DNA of 64,000 bases from an uncultured Candidatus Micrarchaeota archaeon (lineage in GTDB: Archaea; Micrarchaeota; Micrarchaeia; Anstonellales; J096), in assembly GCA_938083015.1 (NCBI GenBank), contig CALKCX010000003.1:83861-147860 (forward strand), read 5' to 3'. Positions 9,500-18,061 of the stretch are shown here, one piece after another (the stretch's first letter is position 1; each line of letters starts with the position of its first letter). The notes below the pieces were generated by a model that was given only the letters and a program-made list of their open reading frames with translations, made no database searches and was not told the DNA's origin. The position numbers and the translations under genes were made by a program.

Positions 9500-9989
9500 G
9501 TTGACAAAAGAGGTAGCTTATTTAGTAGGTTGGTGGCATCTCTTAAAGATTAAGCGTGGAGGTATTGGCATATATGGACCGCATTCGTTTCAGTTTTTAG
9601 AAAATTTTAGAAAATATATACATGATATTGCACCTGAGAATATAAAAGAAGAGAACGGAGTATTTAGATATACGGGGGGAATACAGGGAAGAGGTCTATT
9701 GAAAAAAGTAGAGCGAGAAAGAGATAGAAAGTTTAGATTTGTAAATGAATACTCTGGAATGTATCTACTGGCCTTATATAAAGCTTCTAGAGATTTTGCC
9801 AATATGAATAAGATAGAACTTGATCAAAATATGATAATAGGCGATAATATCGATATTAAGATTATTGACAATCTTGGATATTATGCTTTAGAGCAAGGAA
9901 AAATAGAAAATTGGAAAATAATTAAAATTAAAAGATTTGATTTGTTTAACATGTTAATATCCTCAGTTCCTGATCTTTTTAATCAATGA
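9483..9989 (+). CDS. Hypothetical protein (168 aa)
   Basis: ORF overlapping the previous gene by 17 nt. No family recognised with confidence. Confidence 0.5.
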   Translation: MSLKGRLTKEVAYLVGWWHLLKIKRGGIGIYGPHSFQFLENFRKYIHDIAPENIKEENGVFRYTGGIQGRGLLKKVERERDRKFRFVNEYSGMYLLALYKASRDFANMNKIELDQNMIIGDNIDIKIIDNLGYYALEQGKIENWKIIKIKRFDLFNMLISSVPDLFNQ

Positions 9990-11672
9990 TATCTCTTTGT
10001 ATTCTCTATATAAATCTTGAGATATCATATCTTTCCATTCATCTATATTATTAACGTATACCCATAGAGGTTGATCTAAGATTATGTTTTTATCTATTTC
10101 TCCTCCATTTACAGCTATTGCTACTTCATCTGGAGCTTTTACATTTTTCAATACTTCTTTATTTTTCTGAATTCCAACAATTTCTCCAATGATATCTCCT
10201 TGTCTATTCATCAATTTAAAATTAGTACGTATTTCACCTTCTAGTAATTTTATACCAAATATAGCTGGGTCTTTCTTTCTAAATACGTATTGACCTAATA
10301 CTAGAAGTTTTGCAGGAAAATTATCTCGTCTCATCATTTCAACAATTAATCTATCTCGCTTCTCTTTTACTCTTTCCTTATAATTCTCTACTATTCTGTA
10401 TATTACATCACCTATGATAACACCTATACCATGAGATTCTGCATATTCTAAATCTTTTCTATCTATGTTAACGTTAAAACCTAATACAAATCCATAATCA
10501 GGATTCAAATTGTTCATAGCAATTGCTATTTCAATATCATCTTTCGATATGTTTCCTATACCTATTCTACGTATTGTCAATCCTTCTTTCTCAGCTAATC
10601 TTCTAAAAGCATCTGCACTACCAACAGAATCCGTCTTTATAATTATGCCCTTTTCTCCTTCTTTAAATATATCTATTATCTTACCTTTATCTATTTCTTT
10701 ATTACCACTTATTGGAAAACCTATCATAAGTCCTTCTACATCTCCTGTAAATATTCTCACACCTGCAGCTGCAGCTACTTTTTCTATATTAACATATTTA
10801 TCTTTAGGATTATTTGAAGATATCTTAGGTAAGAATATACCTCTTATTTTTATAGTTTTTATATTGCCATTCATATCTATCGTGTATACTTGTTCACCTT
10901 TTTTTAAAGTACCTTTGTATAAGATAACGTCAATATAATTTCCCTCTGGTGTTCTCTTTATATCGATAATTGTTCCTTTTGCTATCTCATCAGAAGAAAT
11001 TTCTAGAGAATGTTTGAGAAATCTTTGCGAAAGACCACATATTAAACCAATTAATTCAGGAAAACCTTCACCAGTATGAGAAGATACAGGAACTAATGCT
11101 ATAGTTTTAGTAAAATCTCTTATGTTAAAGAATAAATCTGAGTTTAGACCGTATTCTGATAATTCACCTATTCTTCTCCAAATTAAATCTTCAAATTCCT
11201 TTATTGATATAGGGTTTTGCTGCTGAATATTTTCCTGTAAATATAAACTATGTCTTTTCCATCCAGATATAAGATCGAGCTTAGTTAATGCTACTATAAA
11301 CGGAGTTTTATAATTTTTCAACATGTTTATACTCTCTATAGTTTGGGGCTGTATTCCCTGTTTAATATCTATTACCAATATTGCAAGATCTGAAATACTA
11401 CTTCCCTGTTCTCTAAGTAATGTAAATGCCTCATGACCAGGCGTATCTATAAACAATAGACCTGGAATCTTTATTTCAAAATTCCACTTTTTCATCAATT
11501 CTCCAGATATGGATAGAATATGATCTGAACTTAAATAGCTAGCACCGATCATCTGCGTGATTCCACCTGCTTCTTTTGCACTAACATTTGATCTTCTTAT
11601 TCTATCTAGTAAACTGGTTTTACCATGATCAACATGTCCTAATACTGAAATTATCGGAGATCTTAATATCAT
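9963..11672 (-). CDS. infB: Translation initiation factor aIF5B (IF2-type GTPase)
   Basis: 569 aa. GTPase motifs GHVDHGKTSLLD, DTPGHEAF and TKLD. Length and domain order are typical of aIF5B. Confidence 0.9.
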   Translation of the reverse strand: MILRSPIISVLGHVDHGKTSLLDRIRRSNVSAKEAGGITQMIGASYLSSDHILSISGELMKKWNFEIKIPGLLFIDTPGHEAFTLLREQGSSISDLAILVIDIKQGIQPQTIESINMLKNYKTPFIVALTKLDLISGWKRHSLYLQENIQQQNPISIKEFEDLIWRRIGELSEYGLNSDLFFNIRDFTKTIALVPVSSHTGEGFPELIGLICGLSQRFLKHSLEISSDEIAKGTIIDIKRTPEGNYIDVILYKGTLKKGEQVYTIDMNGNIKTIKIRGIFLPKISSNNPKDKYVNIEKVAAAAGVRIFTGDVEGLMIGFPISGNKEIDKGKIIDIFKEGEKGIIIKTDSVGSADAFRRLAEKEGLTIRRIGIGNISKDDIEIAIAMNNLNPDYGFVLGFNVNIDRKDLEYAESHGIGVIIGDVIYRIVENYKERVKEKRDRLIVEMMRRDNFPAKLLVLGQYVFRKKDPAIFGIKLLEGEIRTNFKLMNRQGDIIGEIVGIQKNKEVLKNVKAPDEVAIAVNGGEIDKNIILDQPLWVYVNNIDEWKDMISQDLYREYKEISLIKKIRN

Positions 11673-11693
11673 ATTTTAAAATTTGTATAAAGC

Positions 11694-11699
11694 TTTAAA
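11694..11699. promoter_or_regulatory. Single shared TTTAAA box for the divergent infB and ftsZ-like genes
   Basis: The 49-bp intergenic region has the box at its centre, 24.5 nt from the ATG at 11672 (-) and 25.5 nt from the ATG at 11722 (+). Confidence 0.6.
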
Positions 11700-11721
11700 T
11701 ATTAGATTTGTTTTATAAAAA

Positions 11722-12669
11722 ATGATGAAAATCTACGTAATAGGTGTAGGGGATGCAGGTCTAAATATAATATCGAGAATGAAATTAAGAAAAATAGATA
11801 ATGTTAAGACCATAGGACTAGGATCTTCTTATAATAGTTTAATGGGAGCATTGGCCGATTATAAGATATTATTACCTACGGATATGACAGGACATGGTGC
11901 TGGAGGGAAACCTGAATTAGGAGAGAGAGCAATGATGATTGCTAAAGACAGAGTATTATCTATAATACAAGATCCTGATTTTATATTCATAGTAGCTGGA
12001 ATGGGAGGTGGTACAGGTACAGGAGCGTCTCCTGCTCTTGCTAAAATGCTATCAGATAAGTTTCCATCTGCAATTATAATAGGTGCAGTAACATATCCAT
12101 TTAGATTTGAGAGAGCTAGATTAAGAATAGCTTCTGCAGGAATTGAAAAATTGATTAAACATGTCCATACTTTGATATTAATAGATAATAATAAACTTTT
12201 AGATTACTATCCGAATATAAGTATTACAAAAGCATTCGAGATGGTGGACAATGTAGTTATAGGTGCAGTAACAGGATTAGTTAGTGTGCTAGTCGAAGAT
12301 TCATTGATAAACGTCGATTTAGCTGATCTTAAAGCGTTGTTATCAAAAGGAGGTCTTGTTATGATAGCTAATGGTTCTGGAAGCGGTGCAGATAGGGTAA
12401 AAAGGGCAATTCAATCAACGATATCGCATCCGTTACTTGATGTAGAATACGAAGGAGCTAAAGGTGCAATAGTCCATCTTACTATATCTCAAGATGTTCA
12501 ACTTGGAGAAGTAATAGAAGTTGCTAATCAACTTACTAAAGGTATAGCTGAAATGGGAGAAGTAAAAATGGGGGTAAGAGTTGACGAGAAGGCAAGAGAA
12601 AGTATAGAGGTGACTTTATTTGTAGTTGGTGTAAAATCTCGGCAATTGTTTGGAGAGCAATATGATTAA
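11722..12669 (+). CDS. ftsZ: FtsZ-family tubulin-like GTPase, divergent paralog
   Basis: 315 aa. GMGGGTGTGASPALA signature, GHGAGGKPELGE and NVDLADLK. The first glycine box has diverged (GVGDAGLN). Confidence 0.8.
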   Translation: MMKIYVIGVGDAGLNIISRMKLRKIDNVKTIGLGSSYNSLMGALADYKILLPTDMTGHGAGGKPELGERAMMIAKDRVLSIIQDPDFIFIVAGMGGGTGTGASPALAKMLSDKFPSAIIIGAVTYPFRFERARLRIASAGIEKLIKHVHTLILIDNNKLLDYYPNISITKAFEMVDNVVIGAVTGLVSVLVEDSLINVDLADLKALLSKGGLVMIANGSGSGADRVKRAIQSTISHPLLDVEYEGAKGAIVHLTISQDVQLGEVIEVANQLTKGIAEMGEVKMGVRVDEKARESIEVTLFVVGVKSRQLFGEQYD

Positions 12670-13852
12670 CATTAGAGAAATAGTTGAAAAATTTCTAGGA
12701 AAACCTATAATAGATAAAATAGCAATAGATGAATTCATATTGGAAATACAGAAAAATATGTTATTATCAGATATACCTCCTAAATCTGTGTTTGAGATAA
12801 CTCAGCGGATAAAACAAAAGATTGCCAATGAGAGATTTCCGACTAAACAGATGATAATTAAAGTTTTATACGAGGAATTTAAAAATACTCTTGGAGAAGA
12901 ATATAAACCTGATCTTAGACCTAGACGTATAATGTTTATAGGTCTCTATGGATCTGGTAAGACTACAACGATAGCTAAACTTTGGAAATACTTTTCAGAT
13001 AGAGGAATATCTACAAGAGTTATATCATTTGATGACGAAAGACCTGCTGCCAAAGATCAGTTAAAGCAATTAGTTAGAGACTATACAGATAAATTCAATC
13101 CAAGAGATAATGAAATGTGGTTAATAGATACTCCTGGAAAATCTGTAGAAGATAGGGCATTTATAGAGAAGTTAAAGGATATAAAAATTAAAACTAAACC
13201 AGATGATGTGTTTTTAGTTATAGGTGCTGATACAGGTAAATATGCAGCAAAACTTGCACAGGGATTTTCAGAATTAGGAATAACCGGGGTGGTAATTACG
13301 AAGATAGATGGATCTGGAAAAGCTGGTGGTGCTTTCATTGCTGTAAAAGAACTAAACGTACGTGTAACGTTTGTTGGATATGGAGAAAAAATAGATGATA
13401 TATCTCCTTTTAATCCAGATGATATATTGTCAAGGATGTTCGGATTTATTAATATTAATCAATTAAAAGAGATTAAAAACGATATAAGTAATCAGAAGTT
13501 TGAATATAATTTTGAAACTTATCTAAAAGAATTGAATAGTCTATCTGGAAAGAGTATTGACGATCTCTTAATAGGAATGGGCATAGAAACCAATTTAGAT
13601 CAATCGATGAAACTTCACGAGATGATGAAGAAATTCAATGCTATGATAAACTCTATGACACCAGAAGAGCGTAGAAATCCAGATTTGTTAAAATCTTCAG
13701 ATTCAAGAATAAAGAGAATAGCTAAAGGTGCAGGACTAAAAGAGATAGAGGTAAGAAGTATGTTGAATAAATTTTTCCAATCTAAGAAAATGTTTGAAAA
13801 GATAAAAAACGATAAAGGAATAATTAATTTATTAAAGAAAATAAAGATTTAG
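12650..13852 (+). CDS. srp54: Signal recognition particle protein SRP54 (compact form)
   Basis: 400 aa. GLYGSGKTTTIAKL, LIDTPGK and TKIDGSGKAGGA, plus the M-domain MTPEERRNPDLL...SRIKRIAKGAG. Confidence 0.85.
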   Translation: MESNMINIREIVEKFLGKPIIDKIAIDEFILEIQKNMLLSDIPPKSVFEITQRIKQKIANERFPTKQMIIKVLYEEFKNTLGEEYKPDLRPRRIMFIGLYGSGKTTTIAKLWKYFSDRGISTRVISFDDERPAAKDQLKQLVRDYTDKFNPRDNEMWLIDTPGKSVEDRAFIEKLKDIKIKTKPDDVFLVIGADTGKYAAKLAQGFSELGITGVVITKIDGSGKAGGAFIAVKELNVRVTFVGYGEKIDDISPFNPDDILSRMFGFININQLKEIKNDISNQKFEYNFETYLKELNSLSGKSIDDLLIGMGIETNLDQSMKLHEMMKKFNAMINSMTPEERRNPDLLKSSDSRIKRIAKGAGLKEIEVRSMLNKFFQSKKMFEKIKNDKGIINLLKKIKI

Positions 13853-14501
13853 GTATATTGAATTTAGAAGTATACATTTTAATTATTTCCTTATCTTTAG
13901 ATAGTAAAGGCCATACGATAGAATCTATATGTAATGGAGGTACTTCTGTAAGCTTAGCTATTTCATTCCATCTATCTATTTTCCATCCTAATCTTTCAGT
14001 TAATCTTTTAATTCTTGAATCATAAGGTATAGGTATTGACATCGGGTATGGTATAAATTTATTTGTAAAAATCCTGGCCCCATAGCCATACATCTTTACA
14101 GCAAAATATATCGTTTTTCCTTGACTTTGTAATCTTTCTTCTAAGACATGTTTTAGCAATTCCATATTTTCATAATATTCTATACCAAATACATCTTCTT
14201 CTAATTTTTTAAGTCTATTTATTTTTATACTATGATACAATCTATTACCTCGACTTTTGATTAGAAAATTTTCTATATTATCTTCGGGGTTTTCTAAAAA
14301 ATATTTAGCAAATTCTGTCCAATAATCCTCTCCTGTACTGGTAAGTTGATAACAAACTATTGCGTTTTTTACTATCAATGTTAAAGCTCTATCTCTATCG
14401 ATATTCTTTAGCATTTTAAGAGCTAAATACTGTCTATCTATATTTTCTTCTATATATCTTGCACCTTCTATACCTATATCTTTGATAAATTGTTCAATCA
14501 T
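13824..14501 (-). CDS. Archaeal 8-oxoguanine DNA glycosylase/lyase (AGOG family)
   Basis: 225 aa. AIVCYQLTSTGEDYWTEFAKYF, KTIYFAVKMYGYG, IPIPYDSRIKRLT and PPLHIDSIVW match remembered Pyrobaculum AGOG blocks. Confidence 0.85.
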   Translation of the reverse strand: MIEQFIKDIGIEGARYIEENIDRQYLALKMLKNIDRDRALTLIVKNAIVCYQLTSTGEDYWTEFAKYFLENPEDNIENFLIKSRGNRLYHSIKINRLKKLEEDVFGIEYYENMELLKHVLEERLQSQGKTIYFAVKMYGYGARIFTNKFIPYPMSIPIPYDSRIKRLTERLGWKIDRWNEIAKLTEVPPLHIDSIVWPLLSKDKEIIKMYTSKFNIPKSLFSLIN

Positions 14502-16027
14502 ATTCTAACGACTATTCTATTATTACCCATATGTATATCCTTAGGTTCGATTATTAATTCTTTTTCATTGATAATCTGTTTAGGACTTAATACACTTAAA
14601 CCCAATGCTTGTAAATTTTCAATTTCAATTATCAAAGTCTTACCTGTACTATTACTTTTAGATATTGTTTTTACACTATCTTCTTTATCAATAATTTCTA
14701 TATCTTGCATTTCTACTATTTGATCGTAAATCTTTAATCTAAATACTCCTGTTTTAATCATTTCAGCTGTTAATCTTCTAAACGATCGATCAATATTACC
14801 TAATTTATAACCAATATGGCTAACACCTAAAGCATAGAGGTTTTCATAGTATTGCTGCATTCCCAATACTATTTGAATTTCAACATATTTATTAGATTTA
14901 AGCTTAAGATTAACATGTATTGCTTTGTAATTTGAATGTTTTACCTTATATTCTACCTTAACTTTATCTCCCCAATCGTATATTTTAGAATCTGGTGAAT
15001 AACCATGGCATTCAACATCTATATCTTGTATATATATTTGATGATTTTCAAGTATACGTTTAATTTTATCGATTACAATACCTATTCTTTTCTCATCATC
15101 TATTACTATTTTTATTCCGTTTATATCTTTTATAGAATGTCTAATACCTTCAATATCGTCTAAATCAAGTCCTTTTCTCGTAATCTTTTTATGTATACTT
15201 GTTAAGCTCTTCACTCTGGCAGATACCATCTCTACACCGTCTAATTGCTTAATAGATTTTTTAATCGTATTTAATATTTTACTATCTATTGATAATTCTG
15301 CTCTAATTCTCTCTAATTTTTCTTTATCTTCTCCAAAATATTCGTTTTCTATAGCTTCGGCCACACCAATATATCCTGTTTCTTTGTAAAATTCCATAAA
15401 AAAAGATGCTGCCCGATCCCATTTATGTTTATCACTATTTTTTCTCATAGAATATTCTATTGCAAACAGTGCTCCTGCAATAGTTAAAGCTGCTTTTATC
15501 TCTTTCATACTCTCTAATATTTCTTTAAAGGTTTTTTCTGACTCAAATTGCAATTCATTTAAACTAATTGTTCTAATTATAAATTCGGAAAACTGATCGA
15601 TGAAATCTTTAGTATCTTTTACTTTCAAAGATGTTACCATCCATATCGTCAACTTAAAGACATCGCTATATTGAGAGTATTCAGAGAATTGGCCATTTAT
15701 CAAATGTTGAATAGATGTATCTAATATAGCGGCCACTCTAGAATATCTATTATCAAAATCCTGCCTATCCCAATCATGGCCTAATAGTTTACGATAAAAA
15801 GTATACCATGTATAGTAAAAATCTATACCTACATCAATTAAATTCCTAACTTGTATTATAGGATCGCCATTACTACGTAATGGCCAATTCATTCCTATTC
15901 TAACATCTTTCCATACATCATTATAGAATTTACTCATTATTGTTTCTAATACTCTATTCTTAACGCTTTTTCTTGTTTCCATCTCATGATTAAAATTATG
16001 ATCGTATCTATACACCTGATGTTTCAT
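14498..16027 (-). CDS. RelA/SpoT-like (alarmone synthetase fold) domain protein with unknown N- and C-terminal regions
   Basis: 509 aa from the ATG at 16027 (the track uses a TTG at 16030). Motifs SARVKSLTSIHKKITRK, DINGIKIVI, NYKAIHVNL and VEIQIV...H.GYK appear in RelA_SpoT order. ATGA overlap with the AGOG gene. Confidence 0.6.
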   Translation of the reverse strand: MKHQVYRYDHNFNHEMETRKSVKNRVLETIMSKFYNDVWKDVRIGMNWPLRSNGDPIIQVRNLIDVGIDFYYTWYTFYRKLLGHDWDRQDFDNRYSRVAAILDTSIQHLINGQFSEYSQYSDVFKLTIWMVTSLKVKDTKDFIDQFSEFIIRTISLNELQFESEKTFKEILESMKEIKAALTIAGALFAIEYSMRKNSDKHKWDRAASFFMEFYKETGYIGVAEAIENEYFGEDKEKLERIRAELSIDSKILNTIKKSIKQLDGVEMVSARVKSLTSIHKKITRKGLDLDDIEGIRHSIKDINGIKIVIDDEKRIGIVIDKIKRILENHQIYIQDIDVECHGYSPDSKIYDWGDKVKVEYKVKHSNYKAIHVNLKLKSNKYVEIQIVLGMQQYYENLYALGVSHIGYKLGNIDRSFRRLTAEMIKTGVFRLKIYDQIVEMQDIEIIDKEDSVKTISKSNSTGKTLIIEIENLQALGLSVLSPKQIINEKELIIEPKDIHMGNNRIVVRI

Positions 16028-16048
16028 CAATATTAATTATTTAATCTA

Positions 16049-16054
16049 TTTAAA
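16049..16054. promoter_or_regulatory. Shared TTTAAA box for a divergent pair
   Basis: Centre is 24.5 nt from the ATG at 16027 (-) and 21.5 nt from the ATG at 16073 (+). Confidence 0.5.
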
Positions 16055-16072
16055 AGTTTTTACCAATAAAAT

Positions 16073-16933
16073 ATGAAGATTGCTATAATAGGAGCTAATT
16101 CCAGATTAGCTAAATATATTCTTGAAGTAGTAAATGGTGATCGATTTTCAAGAGATAATATAGAATATAATAAAGAGAGTATACAAAATAAAATCAAAAA
16201 TTATGATTTGGCGATATTAGCAGTAGGTATAACACAAGGTGATGAGAGAAAATTGTATAATGTTAACGTCAAAACTATTCAAGAGATATTAATGGGGTTA
16301 GATACGAAGAAAGTAGTTTTCCTATCTTCTATAGCTGTTTATGGAAGAAAGAATTATGAGAATTATGATGAAAATGCCCCTGTAATCAATAAACCGACAA
16401 AACATGATTTTTATGGATGGACTAAACTATTAGGAGAAAGATTAATTATGGAATATCAAAAAGATTATCTAATTCTTAGAATAGGTACGGTATTTGGTGA
16501 AATGTATGATGAGTATATAAACATGATTAACATTTGGAAGGCCCAAGGACCTTTCTATTTTGGAGATGGCAATAATAAAATACCTTTTATATACGCTAGA
16601 GATATAGCTAAATTTATATCAAAAAATCTATCTAGTCATGGAATTGTAAACGTGACTTCTCAAGGGATAAGATTTTTAGACGTAATAGAAGATGTACGAA
16701 CTGTGTTTAAAATAGATAAGCAGTCTTTACCATTTTACAAATATATAGCAAATAGATATAAAATACCTACATTGATTGGAAAGATTATAGAATTCTACTA
16801 TCAAAATACAGATAGAATTTACCCTCTTACCTTATCTAGATCTTTTAATATCTCTAAGGCCAAATCTATGGGGCTTGAAATTACGCCTTTTAAGGAAGCT
16901 ATTAAATGTTTTTTATCTAAAATAAATATATGA
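16073..16933 (+). CDS. NAD-dependent epimerase/dehydratase family (extended SDR) protein
   Basis: 286 aa. N-terminal Rossmann-like MKIAIIGANSRLA and the catalytic YGWTK (YxxxK) motif. Confidence 0.7.
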   Translation: MKIAIIGANSRLAKYILEVVNGDRFSRDNIEYNKESIQNKIKNYDLAILAVGITQGDERKLYNVNVKTIQEILMGLDTKKVVFLSSIAVYGRKNYENYDENAPVINKPTKHDFYGWTKLLGERLIMEYQKDYLILRIGTVFGEMYDEYINMINIWKAQGPFYFGDGNNKIPFIYARDIAKFISKNLSSHGIVNVTSQGIRFLDVIEDVRTVFKIDKQSLPFYKYIANRYKIPTLIGKIIEFYYQNTDRIYPLTLSRSFNISKAKSMGLEITPFKEAIKCFLSKINI

Positions 16934-17595
16934 TGGTCAAAATCTTAGGTACGGGAAATGCGTTTACTAAATATAGAAATACGTCTATAATGATAGATGA
17001 TATATTAATAGATTGTGGACCGTCTGTTTATACAATATTATTCAAGATGAATATAATACCTGAAAACGTTTTATTGACCCATGGTCATGGAGATCATATA
17101 TTAGGTTTACCAATGTTAATTCTAAAAGCATATTTTAGTAATTTGCACATGAACATATACGCCCAGCCTTACGTCATTGAGCGAATTAAAGGTATATGGG
17201 AAAATTCTTATCCAGAAGTTAGCTTAGATCTTGTAAGTTTTATACCATTAAAAGATAGCGGTATTGTCAAAGTCAACAATATCGTATTTAATTATGAGAG
17301 TAGAAAACATCTTCATATGACATCTTTGATATATAGAATAGGATATTTTGTTTATGCTACTGATGTAGAGGAAACGGAAAACGATTGGGAATTCTATAAA
17401 GATGCTAAAATTGTAATACATGAATTTGGTAATGGTGCTGGGCATACTCCTATAGAAACAGTATTAAAAATAAAAGATAAGGCAAATATTGATAAGTTAT
17501 ATCTTATACATTATCAAGATGATATAATAAGATTACCTATTATGAATAGAGATGATGTTTTTATTGCTAAACCTGGAGATGTAATAAATATTTAA
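16930..17595 (+). CDS. Metallo-beta-lactamase fold hydrolase
   Basis: 221 aa with the LLTHGHGDHILGLP motif. ATGA overlap with the previous gene. Confidence 0.75.
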   Translation: MMVKILGTGNAFTKYRNTSIMIDDILIDCGPSVYTILFKMNIIPENVLLTHGHGDHILGLPMLILKAYFSNLHMNIYAQPYVIERIKGIWENSYPEVSLDLVSFIPLKDSGIVKVNNIVFNYESRKHLHMTSLIYRIGYFVYATDVEETENDWEFYKDAKIVIHEFGNGAGHTPIETVLKIKDKANIDKLYLIHYQDDIIRLPIMNRDDVFIAKPGDVINI

Positions 17596-17631
17596 AGATA
17601 TGTTATCATAAAACATAAAGGTGATGCTTGA

Positions 17632-18060
17632 ATGGGAAAAGGAGCAAATGGAGAATTTGCAGGTAGAAATCTTCTAAAGAAGAGGAAAAAATATAGATGG
17701 AGTGATATAAAATATGTAAGAAGAGTGTTGAAACTTAAAGAGAGATTTGATCCTCTTGGTAAAGCTCCTATGGCATCTGGTATAGTATTACAAAAAGTAG
17801 TAGTAGAGCAAAGACAGCCTCACTCTGGTTTGATAAAAGCAGTAAAAGTCCAGCTTAAGAAAAACGGCAAAGTTATAACTGCACATGCACCAAGAGATAA
17901 AGCTATAACTTTTATAAAAGAACACGATGAAGTTCTAGTAGCAGGTATAGGAGGATCACAAGGAGGACCTATTGGATCTATACCTGGAATTAAGTATAAA
18001 GTTATTGCTGTAGCTAATCTAGATTTACAAATGCTAAGAAAAGGTAAGGTGAAGAGATAG
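17632..18060 (+). CDS. rps12: 30S ribosomal protein uS12
   Basis: 142 aa. The block [21 protein letters not shown]...[11 protein letters not shown] is typical of archaeal S12. AGGTGA lies upstream. Confidence 0.95.
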   Translation: MGKGANGEFAGRNLLKKRKKYRWSDIKYVRRVLKLKERFDPLGKAPMASGIVLQKVVVEQRQPHSGLIKAVKVQLKKNGKVITAHAPRDKAITFIKEHDEVLVAGIGGSQGGPIGSIPGIKYKVIAVANLDLQMLRKGKVKR

Positions 18061-18061
18061 T

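Noticed and set aside
9483-9989. Impression of degenerate LAGLIDADG-like motifs (EVAYLVGWW..., ...YSGMYLLALYKASRD) suggesting a homing-endonuclease relic.
   Set aside because: The catalytic acidic residues are absent and the resemblance is only a hydrophobic pattern. There is no intein or intron context, so it cannot be supported without a profile search.
10510-10938. Antisense ORFs inside well-supported genes. Examples: 300-500, 3191-3484, 3508-3846, 4868-5125, 7280-7486, 9590-9802, 10510-10938, 13081-13338, 14490-14723, 17248-17445, 20199-20459, 21818-22021, 22558-22758, 25853-26314, 32099-32380, 32593-32925, 33019-33255, 35143-35385, 35731-35931, 36357-36539, 37876-38175, 37955-38167, 42422-42649, 46831-47013, 47838-48020, 48099-48302, 48287-48502, 52706-52897, 52774-52965, 56409-56600, 57493-57759, 58931-59119, 60845-61054 and 61736-61975.
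   Set aside because: Each is fully or largely nested opposite a gene with strong motif support. Their low-complexity I/L/F/S/N-rich translations are what A/T-rich antisense frames produce, and none has a promoter box at the expected distance.
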